A stretch of 40,788 nucleotides of DNA from a bacterium (GTDB lineage: Bacteria; Patescibacteriota; Andersenbacteria; UBA10190). Below are positions 23,639 through 30,949 of the stretch, piece by piece; position 1 is the stretch's first letter, and each line of letters begins with the position of its first letter. The translations under genes were made by a program, and so were the position numbers. The notes beneath the pieces were generated by a model, which was not told the origin of the DNA, ran no database searches, and was given only the letters and a program-made list of their open reading frames with translations. Location: NCBI GenBank assembly GCA_002686445.1, contig NZCO01000017.1, positions 1 through 40,788 of the forward strand, written 5' to 3'.

Positions 23639-23644
23639 TGTGAC

Positions 23645-24175
23645 TTAGTTTAGTGCCTCTATACGCTGCCGAATCTCTGCCACGTCCATCGGACCTCGTT
23701 TATGAAAGCCGAGAGAACCGTCGCTATTGAAGAACAACGTCTCCGGCATCGAAAACCCACCGATTTGTGCGTAGAAAGAATCACTCGGATCTAGTTGCCA
23801 GACGAGCTCATCGCGAATGCCAAGCTGATCAATATATTCCGCCGCCACACCAGCAGACTCAGCACGATCAATCGCCACTATGGTCACTGCGTCTCCTAAT
23901 TCTTTTTGGAGCTCCACGAACGCCGGCAGCTCATCGATGCAGAAAGGACACCACGCTGCCCAGGCATTCACGACCAGCGGTTTCCCTCCATATTCGGCTA
24001 GTCCAGCGCTCTGGCCTGCTAGGTCCGTTAACGCGAGCCCAGATATACTGGCGAGCGTCACTGCTCCACCAGTATCCTCGACGCCTGTCCGGTCACTGGA
24101 TTTAGTTGCATACCAGACCGCCGCCACGACAATAATTAGAATTACTACGACGCCTGCAATTGATCCTTTGTTCAT
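23645..24175 (-). CDS. membrane-anchored TlpA/ResA-like thioredoxin (WCPFC)
   Basis: N-terminal TM and the VVNAWAAWCPFC redoxin motif. Confidence 0.85.
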   Translation of the reverse strand: MNKGSIAGVVVILIIVVAAVWYATKSSDRTGVEDTGGAVTLASISGLALTDLAGQSAGLAEYGGKPLVVNAWAAWCPFCIDELPAFVELQKELGDAVTIVAIDRAESAGVAAEYIDQLGIRDELVWQLDPSDSFYAQIGGFSMPETLFFNSDGSLGFHKRGPMDVAEIRQRIEALN

Positions 24176-24762
24176 ATCGAGCCAATTAATGATTTAATAT
24201 CCTGCTCGCTGATATCACCAGGAATAACTTTAGCCACGCTCCCATCTTTATTGATCAAGACGTGGGTATTCGTATAAGAAACACCATACTGCCGCGACGC
24301 TGCGCCATTCGGATCAAGGGCTATCGGGAAACTAATGTTCGCTCGATCCACATAACTAGTCACCACGCTCGTTTTTTCTTGCAGATTGATTCCTATCACC
24401 TCTACCTGATCTCCATATTGATCATACCACTTGCTCAAGCGCGGCATGTCTCGCTGGCAATTGGGACACCACGAAGCCCAAAAATCGATAATAACCGGCT
24501 TCTGGTCCCGATACTGCGCCAGGGAAATAGAGCCTCCGTCGAGGCGTTGCAAGGTAAAATCAGGCGCTAGTTTTACCTCTGGTGACGCGATAACCTCGGC
24601 TACGGCAGCAACCTGTTGTTCAGAGTCCGTAAAACCAACAGAGTCTACACCTGGCACATGCGTTGTTGCCGTTGGCGCTCCGCGATTCCCTAAAATGAAG
24701 AGTAGGGCGATGCCGACCACAAACACGACAACACCTCCTGTAACGAATTTAAAAGTATCCAT
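24172..24762 (-). CDS. membrane-anchored TlpA/ResA-like thioredoxin (WCPNC)
   Basis: N-terminal TM and IIDFWASWCPNC motif. ATGA overlap with the next thioredoxin gene. Confidence 0.85.
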   Translation of the reverse strand: MDTFKFVTGGVVVFVVGIALLFILGNRGAPTATTHVPGVDSVGFTDSEQQVAAVAEVIASPEVKLAPDFTLQRLDGGSISLAQYRDQKPVIIDFWASWCPNCQRDMPRLSKWYDQYGDQVEVIGINLQEKTSVVTSYVDRANISFPIALDPNGAASRQYGVSYTNTHVLINKDGSVAKVIPGDISEQDIKSLIGSI

Positions 24763-24765
24763 AGA

Positions 24766-25833
24766 TCAGTTGTATAGTTCCGTGTCTGGATGCGCTGCCA
24801 TCCAGCTAAACCAGAAGGAGGCAAAGGGATTGAGACGGGTCAACGTTCCGTCCGGCTCACGTTCAAATAGGCGCACCACATCAAGCGCATCATCGTAATT
24901 TGCCACTATAGTTATTCCAGCGAAGGTATCTACTACTTCGCCCTTCGCTTTAACCGCAGGCGGATAATACGCTTTGGCAGCACCGTCTATCACTAATCCC
25001 AATATAAAATCCTTATTCTCCAAACGAGGGTCGCTGGCATTAACAGGACTGATGATCTGGCCATCATCGGTGTAGTAATCTCCGTAAGGATCGAACCCAT
25101 AGCTGCGGACAGCACCGGTGTCGCGCGAGAGCACTTGCCCATCTGGGTGCGCAGCTTTCCATTCACCAAAGCGGATTTGATCCGAGGGCAAGAGCGTCAA
25201 GCGCGTCCCGGTCATCTCCCCGAGGATAGACTCGCCTAATATCTGTGACCACAAGCTATCAGTTTTGCGATCGTACATGACCAAATTGGACTGCCACAGC
25301 TTTCCCGAAGTACCGAATTCCACGCGCTCCCCTTGCACCAGCGGATCAAACACCACTCCCGAAAGACATAACGGGCAATAGGTAATAAGCACCCGCTGAC
25401 CTCCTACGACATCGTTCACTATCTCGTGCCACACCAATATTTGAAACGGGTAAAAACGATCGACCTCATTGTGAGAAAATGCCAGGCCCGGCTCGCGATC
25501 ATCAATAAAGTCAGCTTCAGCTGCGGCTACAAATATTGGATCATCAATTGACGGAATACCGTCCTTCGGCGGACCGCCACCACGAATCTCGTCTAACGGG
25601 ACTAAGTGGCGCACACCATCAGTCACCATGACAGATCGCTGAAGCAGTAGACCCGGTAGCGCGCGCTCGGCATCGGTCACCACTTGTCCGGTTTCTTCGT
25701 TTACCAATATCGTCTCTGCCTCGGATTCCCCCCGCGGTAATACCACGCGATCTCTGGTGAACCACCAGGCCGACACCAATATTACTGCTAGAACTGCCAG
25801 GCCAATCCACAGCGACGTTTTGATGTTTTTCAT
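24766..25833 (-). CDS. DUF3179 domain-containing membrane-anchored protein
   Basis: Motifs DGIPSIDDPIF and HEIVNDVVGGQRVLITYCPLC, characteristic of DUF3179. Start set at ATG 25833 (MKNIKTSLW...), which forms an ATGA overlap with the arsR stop. Confidence 0.75.
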   Translation of the reverse strand: MKNIKTSLWIGLAVLAVILVSAWWFTRDRVVLPRGESEAETILVNEETGQVVTDAERALPGLLLQRSVMVTDGVRHLVPLDEIRGGGPPKDGIPSIDDPIFVAAAEADFIDDREPGLAFSHNEVDRFYPFQILVWHEIVNDVVGGQRVLITYCPLCLSGVVFDPLVQGERVEFGTSGKLWQSNLVMYDRKTDSLWSQILGESILGEMTGTRLTLLPSDQIRFGEWKAAHPDGQVLSRDTGAVRSYGFDPYGDYYTDDGQIISPVNASDPRLENKDFILGLVIDGAAKAYYPPAVKAKGEVVDTFAGITIVANYDDALDVVRLFEREPDGTLTRLNPFASFWFSWMAAHPDTELYN

Positions 25834-26156
25834 CCACTCGCTAGCTGAGCAACGGTTCGCATCACCGTCCGTACGACAGGATCTAGCGCCCGAATACGAT
25901 AACAAATCATCTGCCCTTCCCGTTCCGGCTCAATCAGGCCTGAGCCCTCTAGTAACTTGAGCTGCTGTGAAGCGGCCGGCACAGTGATGCCGAGCACCAT
26001 CGCGATATCAGTAACGCATAAATCTGTATGATCCATCAGTAGTTTGAAGATGCGAAAGCGACTCCGATCGCCCAGTGCACTAAACATCACGGCTATGGTT
26101 GAATCTTCTTGATCAAGCTCGCGCTTGAGTTTAGCGGCTTCTTGTGTAGTTAACAT
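25830..26156 (-). CDS. ArsR/SmtB family transcriptional regulator
   Basis: Winged-HTH region RFRIFKLLMDHTDLCVTDIAMVLGITVPAASQQLKLLEGSGLI. 108 aa. Confidence 0.88.
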   Translation of the reverse strand: MLTTQEAAKLKRELDQEDSTIAVMFSALGDRSRFRIFKLLMDHTDLCVTDIAMVLGITVPAASQQLKLLEGSGLIEPEREGQMICYRIRALDPVVRTVMRTVAQLASG

Positions 26157-26165
26157 ATAATTAAG

Positions 26166-26187
26166 TGATTAAGCAATGACTTAATCA
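26166..26187. promoter_or_regulatory. ArsR operator candidate: 8-6-8 inverted repeat TGATTAAG-N6-CTTAATCA
   Basis: Perfect 8-bp arms. Overlaps the -10 element of the arsR promoter. Confidence 0.55.
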
Positions 26188-26211
26188 TATCAAACTGTAC
26201 ACTACCGTCAA
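26184..26211 (-). promoter_or_regulatory. arsR operon promoter (TTGACG, 16 nt spacer, TATGAT)
   Basis: -35 at 26206..26211 and -10 at 26184..26189 on the minus strand, 27 nt upstream of ATG 26156. Confidence 0.55.
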
Positions 26212-26400
26212 CCCAGATTCATAGAACTGTCCACCGACCAGGCTCCGCTGCGAGACAGCACGCCCTAGAGGTCTGTGGCTCAATGCTTGTCCTGGGAGGT
26301 GTCAAGGTAACAAAAGCCAATTGGGTCCTACTCTCATATCTTGATATATAGGAGCGAAGTGGAAAACCCTCCTCGGAATAAGTTATATACTTAAAGGCAG

Positions 26401-26559
26401 ATGCCAAAGAAGAAAAAACAGCAGACTACCATAGACTGGCAGCAGCAGGTTCCGGACTACGTCTCGTATGGGTTGATCTTGATTGCCGCGATGCTCATGC
26501 TTAACCTCCTCATTCATGAGCTACCAGACCAAATGCTACTGAGCATCATTCGCACTTAG
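26401..26559 (+). CDS. 52-aa Lys-rich single-TM small protein
   Basis: Translates to MPKKKKQQTTIDWQQQVPDYVSYGLILIAAMLMLNLLIHELPDQMLLSIIRT. Followed by a strong terminator. Below the ORF-track cutoff. Confidence 0.4.
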   Translation: MPKKKKQQTTIDWQQQVPDYVSYGLILIAAMLMLNLLIHELPDQMLLSIIRT

Positions 26560-26580
26560 CCCACTCATACCAATCAACAT

Positions 26581-26607
26581 AAACAGACCCCTGTGTGGGG
26601 TCTGTTT
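26581..26607. terminator. bidirectional rho-independent terminator
   Basis: AAACAGACCCC-TGTGT-GGGGTCTGTTT lies between convergent genes. Confidence 0.75.
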
Positions 26608-26625
26608 ATTTCAGTACTACAAGAT

Positions 26626-26889
26626 TTATGCTGGCAAATCGTGTCCGTGAGAGCTGCTTTCGCCCCCAGCATTACAAGTACGACAATCTTTCTTGTGTGT
26701 AGCCAAGAGGTATAACGCCCCGAGGCCCACCAACCCAAAGACTATTCGGGCAATCATGCTGTCTGAACCGCCCAACAGGCTAGAAACAAGGTCATATTTG
26801 AAGAAACCGACTAGTCCCCAGTTCAATCCCCCGATTACTACCAACAAGAAACTGACGAGGTGAATTCCTTTATTTTGCATAGTTGCCAC
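26626..26889 (-). CDS. DUF378 domain-containing membrane protein
   Basis: GGLNWGLVGFFKYDLVSSLLGG signature. GGGAGGTGG SD. Confidence 0.8.
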   Translation of the reverse strand: MATMQNKGIHLVSFLLVVIGGLNWGLVGFFKYDLVSSLLGGSDSMIARIVFGLVGLGALYLLATHKKDCRTCNAGGESSSHGHDLPA

Positions 26890-26967
26890 CTCCCTTCATA
26901 TATATTCGTATGTCACTATCATACCGTGCTAGCCGAACATAAAGGAAACACAAGGCGCATTGAAGCG

Positions 26968-27426
26968 TCAGTGTTTATTGACAGCGCGCGCAAGTTTTTC
27001 CTGATCTGCAACGCAAGCCTCGTCCATGCCCTGCAAACGCTGGTAGAAGTGCAAGTAAGCCAAGAGGCTGACCACACTGAACACCGCATACAAAATGTTT
27101 AGATCGAGACCCCGGTTAGTGGGCGCGAAGATCAGCTCGACCGCCGGCGCAATGATTGAAATCTCCACGACATACTTGATGCTCACGTGTTGATTTTCCA
27201 TATAGAAGATCAGCAGTCGATAAGCTTTCACCAACACCACAATTACCGCCACCATGTGCAACACAGTGGTCACTTCACCCTCGGGCAAATGTGTGAAGAG
27301 CTTAGCTATTTGAAAACCAATGGCGAGTACGACAGCCAAAATTGCTCCCAACACTAACAGTGCTACCGCGTCATCCGCCAGGTGCGTAATAGTCCTAATT
27401 ACTTTGGTGTCGATCAGATGATTCAT
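26968..27426 (-). CDS. PsiE-like (phosphate-starvation-inducible E family) membrane protein
   Basis: Four TM segments. The pattern VLVKAYRLLIFYMENQHVSIKYVVEISIIAPAVELIF resembles the PsiE family. The assignment is tentative. Confidence 0.5.
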   Translation of the reverse strand: MNHLIDTKVIRTITHLADDAVALLVLGAILAVVLAIGFQIAKLFTHLPEGEVTTVLHMVAVIVVLVKAYRLLIFYMENQHVSIKYVVEISIIAPAVELIFAPTNRGLDLNILYAVFSVVSLLAYLHFYQRLQGMDEACVADQEKLARAVNKH

Positions 27427-27711
27427 GTTCCCTTTAGACTACGCTATTGTTGCCCTCGAACCAGCGCCATAGAAAAAAACGACCCTGGTCGGCGCTACCG
27501 AATCTAGCAGTTGTTTTTGTGAGTCCGAAAACTGTGCGTACGGCATATCAGCCATAACTATTATTATAGCATAGGCACGTTGAACACTATCGTCGCCACC
27601 ACGCCGCCATACTCTGGGCTGCTCATGTCTTTACTGCTACAGTCATAAGCCGCCTGTATTGGTGGCCAAAGAAACAAAGTTCATTTCAACTCTAATAATA
27701 GGTGGTGGACC

Positions 27712-29145
27712 ATGTGTGGAATCGTAGGAGTATATCGCGTTGATCCTGGTGGCTTAGGCCAGGTCGCAACTGCGTGTGCCCTAGTTAACAATCGAGGGCA
27801 CGAGGCAGTTGGCATCGCCGGATACGGCACTGGTACTTCAGACTTCTTTCTCCAACCAGGCTACGTGCGTGACGCGTGCGCCGCCTCTTGCCGCCCGTGG
27901 ACATATTTTGTCGAGCAAACCACGGAGCACCGTATCAATCAGTGGCTTGGCCATACTCGATATAAGACAGTTGACGCCGCCGGAGCTGGCTTGGGTCAGC
28001 CGCTGCGTGGGCACAACCCACGCTTCGGCGAGTTCCATCTAGTACATAACGGCCAGTTACCTGACCACGTGGCTGATCGAGAGGTGCTATCCGCCAACTA
28101 CCGCTTTACGAGTGCTAGCGATTCGGAAACGCTGGTGGCTCGAATTGCGCTGTCGCCAGCGACTACACTTGCCGATGCAATGGCAGAGATTGTCAGGGAC
28201 GTGCCGGGCGGGTACGCCCTTATTGCGATGACGAAATCGGAAATGGTGGCAGCAACAGATCGCTACTGGACCCGGCCGCTCATGGTTTCCATTGCGGACG
28301 ACCAGATTTGTTTCGCCTCGGAGCGTGCTGCCTTGCCTAATGGCAGCGCCGAGATCAAAGCTCTGTCCAAAGGTACGCTTGGTATCGCCCGTCGGACTGG
28401 TGGACAAGTCAGTTGGGAAGAGCGCCCAGTGATAACTGACACACCTCGTGCTCATTGTATTTGGGAGGGGTTTTACTTTGGTCGACCAGACCAGCCAATG
28501 GATGGGCACGTAGCTCATGAGTTTCGCATGGCGCTTGGCGCCGCTCTGATGCAAGCAATGCCCAGCACAGAGGTTGACTTCTGGTGCGGCGTACCGGAAA
28601 CGGGCAATGAGTCAGGCCTCGGCTTGGCTACTGCTCTCAATCAACCTTTTTATCTGGCTGCCATCATCAAGAATTGGTACTTAACGCAGGCTCGTGCCTT
28701 CATGCTGCCCGATCAAAGGTCGCGTGAGGCGAAAGTCCGTCAAAAGTACACGATTAGTGATCTGGTGGCCGGTAAGCGAGTGGGAGTAGTAGATGATTCG
28801 CTCGTGCGTTCAACTACTGCTCGCGTGTTAACACAGATGCTGTTCGACGCGGGTGCAACAGAGGTGCACTGGCGGATAGCCGCTGCTCCAATAGTTGCTC
28901 CGTGCTTTACTGGCATCGATATTCCCACGTTCGAGGAGCTAGCTGCTGCTGGACTGCCTCCAGCAGACGTCAATGCAATCGTGAACGGTATGATCGGCGC
29001 TACGTCTCTCTACTATCTGCCGCTGGCGACAATGGTAGAGGTCGCTAACCGGTTTGACCAAGGTTGGTGCACCGGCTGTTTCTCCGGACAATATCCTCCC
29101 GGACTCGTGCCTGGAGAGCTTGTACAACTAGCTCATCAAGCCTAA
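27712..29145 (+). CDS. purF: amidophosphoribosyltransferase (PurF-type Ntn glutamine amidotransferase + PRTase)
   Basis: MCGIVGV N-terminal Cys, plus SDSE, RPL, FASE, YFGRPDQ, VVDDSLVRSTT and C-terminal CTGCFSGQYP. Confidence 0.8.
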   Translation: MCGIVGVYRVDPGGLGQVATACALVNNRGHEAVGIAGYGTGTSDFFLQPGYVRDACAASCRPWTYFVEQTTEHRINQWLGHTRYKTVDAAGAGLGQPLRGHNPRFGEFHLVHNGQLPDHVADREVLSANYRFTSASDSETLVARIALSPATTLADAMAEIVRDVPGGYALIAMTKSEMVAATDRYWTRPLMVSIADDQICFASERAALPNGSAEIKALSKGTLGIARRTGGQVSWEERPVITDTPRAHCIWEGFYFGRPDQPMDGHVAHEFRMALGAALMQAMPSTEVDFWCGVPETGNESGLGLATALNQPFYLAAIIKNWYLTQARAFMLPDQRSREAKVRQKYTISDLVAGKRVGVVDDSLVRSTTARVLTQMLFDAGATEVHWRIAAAPIVAPCFTGIDIPTFEELAAAGLPPADVNAIVNGMIGATSLYYLPLATMVEVANRFDQGWCTGCFSGQYPPGLVPGELVQLAHQA

Positions 29146-29153
29146 TGCAACAT

Positions 29154-29182
29154 GCCTGTCGCATCCGCGACAGGCTTTTTTT
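29154..29182. terminator. rho-independent terminator (serves convergent genes)
   Basis: GCCTGTCGC-ATCC-GCGACAGGC followed by T7. Confidence 0.8.
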
Positions 29183-29194
29183 CTTACTTGTGTG

Positions 29195-29836
29195 TTATCG
29201 GAAGAAACGGAGGAGGAAAATCAGGCCGATTATGCCAAATATTACGGCGATCACCGTGCCAATCACTATCGGTGCACCTGCCTGCTGGATATATGCTTCC
29301 CACGCCTCACGGTTCAGAATATCCTCACGAACCGCTCCCAGGGTGCCGATAGCAGAGACGACGTCACCACCGAGCTCCTCTTCCGTTTCTCCTACAGCCA
29401 AAATATACGGGACGTCACTGCCTAAGCTTGATACCCCAAAGAGGTAATCGCCCGGACTTACCGTGACACGGGTTTCCGGGCCATGTAGATAGGTTACTCC
29501 CGCCGTCGGATCGGTGGTCGGTATCCAATCCGCCGTTGTACCATCAAGCTCAACTAAGATTTCTCCGTCCGATTTCACCAGTGATCCGGACACATCCGTC
29601 ACCGCGTCTGCAATGTCCATGACCCGTAGACTTATATAGAGTTCTTGCTCCCTCTGGAGCGAAAAAAGGAAAAACTCCGGCTCGCCCGACAAAAACCCAA
29701 AGAAATCTTGCGCAATGTCAGGGTTGTTCACCTCGGTCACAACTTCGCCGTCGACCACTCGCGGCTGCCGTACGGCGAGAGTTATCGAAGGCACCAGCAG
29801 CGCTGTCACCACTAACAGGATGATCAACTTGTTCAT
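29195..29836 (-). CDS. hypothetical exported protein with N-terminal signal/anchor and C-terminal TM plus basic tail
   Basis: Starts MNKLIILLVVTALLVPSITLA and ends APIVIGTVIAVIFGIIGLIFLLRFFR. TGCTATACT extended -10 (29847..29855) lies 10 nt upstream of ATG 29836. Confidence 0.6.
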   Translation of the reverse strand: MNKLIILLVVTALLVPSITLAVRQPRVVDGEVVTEVNNPDIAQDFFGFLSGEPEFFLFSLQREQELYISLRVMDIADAVTDVSGSLVKSDGEILVELDGTTADWIPTTDPTAGVTYLHGPETRVTVSPGDYLFGVSSLGSDVPYILAVGETEEELGGDVVSAIGTLGAVREDILNREAWEAYIQQAGAPIVIGTVIAVIFGIIGLIFLLRFFR

Positions 29837-29906
29837 ATCGAGCTTAAGTATAGCAGGAAAGTGCGCCAACCCGTGCTATGGTTGCCCCATGGGTAGAACC
29901 GTCACT

Positions 29907-30119
29907 ATGAAGCGAGTCGATAAGGCACTGCGAGGCTTGCGCGTCTTAGACGGGAGAGAAAGATCATATGTCCGCGGGCTGCTCTCCATGTTTCGCGGTG
30001 GCGGCATCAGTAAAACCGAAATTCGACGCGCCGTATCGCACCTCAAGTTCAACAAGAGCGACCCGATAGGCACCACCGAAGCGAATAGGATCAAAAAGAA
30101 ACTACTGGGACTTTTTTGA
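29907..30119 (+). CDS. hypothetical small basic protein (70 aa)
   Basis: MKRVDKALRGLRVLDGRERSYVRGLL... reads as protein-like, but there is no SD and it competes with an antisense ORF at 29876..30160. ATG 29889 is an alternative start. Confidence 0.3.
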   Translation: MKRVDKALRGLRVLDGRERSYVRGLLSMFRGGGISKTEIRRAVSHLKFNKSDPIGTTEANRIKKKLLGLF

Positions 30120-30121
30120 CC

Positions 30122-30151
30122 GTAAGAAAATGCTCGCACCGAGGCGAGCAT
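30122..30151 (-). terminator. rho-independent terminator
   Basis: On the minus strand, ATGCTCGC-CTCGGT-GCGAGCAT is followed by TTTCTT. Confidence 0.6.
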
Positions 30152-30169
30152 AAACATCATAAGCGTGCT

Positions 30170-30571
30170 TTAGCGCAGAGTCGGTACTTTTGGAGCGCTC
30201 GATTGGCCTCCAGGTTTGGTGGTCAGATACGCAATGGGGATAAGGCCCACCAGCCCCCCGGCGAAGAACGCGAGTATGCCGGACAAGAGCAGCAGCAGAA
30301 TATAGCCAAATCCGCGCAGCAAATTTTTCTTTTGGAGTATCACGCCCACTAGGAGCAACGAGACAATTACCGCAACCCAAGTACCTACTTTAACCCCATA
30401 TTCATACCCCTGGGCAAAATCATCTGTTTCAGAGAAGAAAAAGGTACTACTCAGTCCAGCTACCAATCCACCAATAATCATAGTGAGCACTAGATATGCT
30501 AGATAAAACCCAATAGCCTCTTTCCAGTTTCGCTTATAACCAAAGTCCGTTAGATGGGAAAATATTTTCAT
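30170..30571 (-). CDS. hypothetical multi-pass membrane protein
   Basis: 3-4 hydrophobic segments. TGGTAAACT extended -10 (30578..30586) lies 6 nt upstream of ATG 30571. Confidence 0.6.
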   Translation of the reverse strand: MKIFSHLTDFGYKRNWKEAIGFYLAYLVLTMIIGGLVAGLSSTFFFSETDDFAQGYEYGVKVGTWVAVIVSLLLVGVILQKKNLLRGFGYILLLLLSGILAFFAGGLVGLIPIAYLTTKPGGQSSAPKVPTLR

Positions 30572-30608
30572 GGCCTTAGTTTACCATCTTGCAATCTAGC
30601 CCCACTAC

Positions 30609-30869
30609 TTAGTGACGGCGAAGCCACCACTGCTTGAACCAGGGCAGGGTCAGCGTAGACAGTAAGAAGCCTGCTGAAGGCACGATCGCATTTAGGAAGG
30701 GACGATCCACTTCAATTGCGGCCAGGTACAAAGCAACTGCCAGATAGGTAAACAGCAGCAGCAAGGCGCGGCGAGTAAGGCTCGTTTCCCAAGCCTTGTC
30801 TGCTGTAACACGCTCATTCCGCTCCTCTAAAATGGCGATTCGCTTCGCTAGGTTCTCCTGGTCTGTCAT
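30609..30869 (-). CDS. hypothetical small membrane protein (86 aa)
   Basis: An amphipathic N-terminus (ILEERNERVTADKAWETS) followed by two TM segments. TGTTACACT extended -10 (30877..30885) lies 7 nt upstream of the ATG. Confidence 0.6.
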   Translation of the reverse strand: MTDQENLAKRIAILEERNERVTADKAWETSLTRRALLLLFTYLAVALYLAAIEVDRPFLNAIVPSAGFLLSTLTLPWFKQWWLRRH

Positions 30870-30949
30870 CGGTACCAGTGTAACATTAATCGATTTCTAG
30901 TTGCTCCCGCCCCCGCCGGAGTGTCACTATAGGAAGATAGGAAAATAAC

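Noticed and set aside
27427-27711. Possible attenuator or riboswitch in the 285-bp divergent region between the psiE-like gene and purF. On the minus strand CGACCAGGGTCG is followed by T7 about 45 nt upstream of the psiE-like ATG, with alternative AGCGCC/GGCGCT pairing.
   Set aside because: The stem is only 4-5 bp with a tiny loop. I could recall no matching riboswitch consensus and could not define a convincing promoter. It is too weak to report as a feature.
29876-30160. 94-aa minus-strand ORF competing with the small basic plus-strand ORF.
   Set aside because: It runs through the minus-strand terminator hairpin (30122..30151) that serves the upstream gene, and it has no SD. The plus-strand alternative is itself only weakly supported.
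30870-30949. Possible Zur/metal-regulator box (TTAATCGATT palindrome) upstream of the ZnuA-like gene.
   Set aside because: It is only an 8-bp AATCGATT palindrome. It does not resemble the longer Zur or MntR consensus sites I know.
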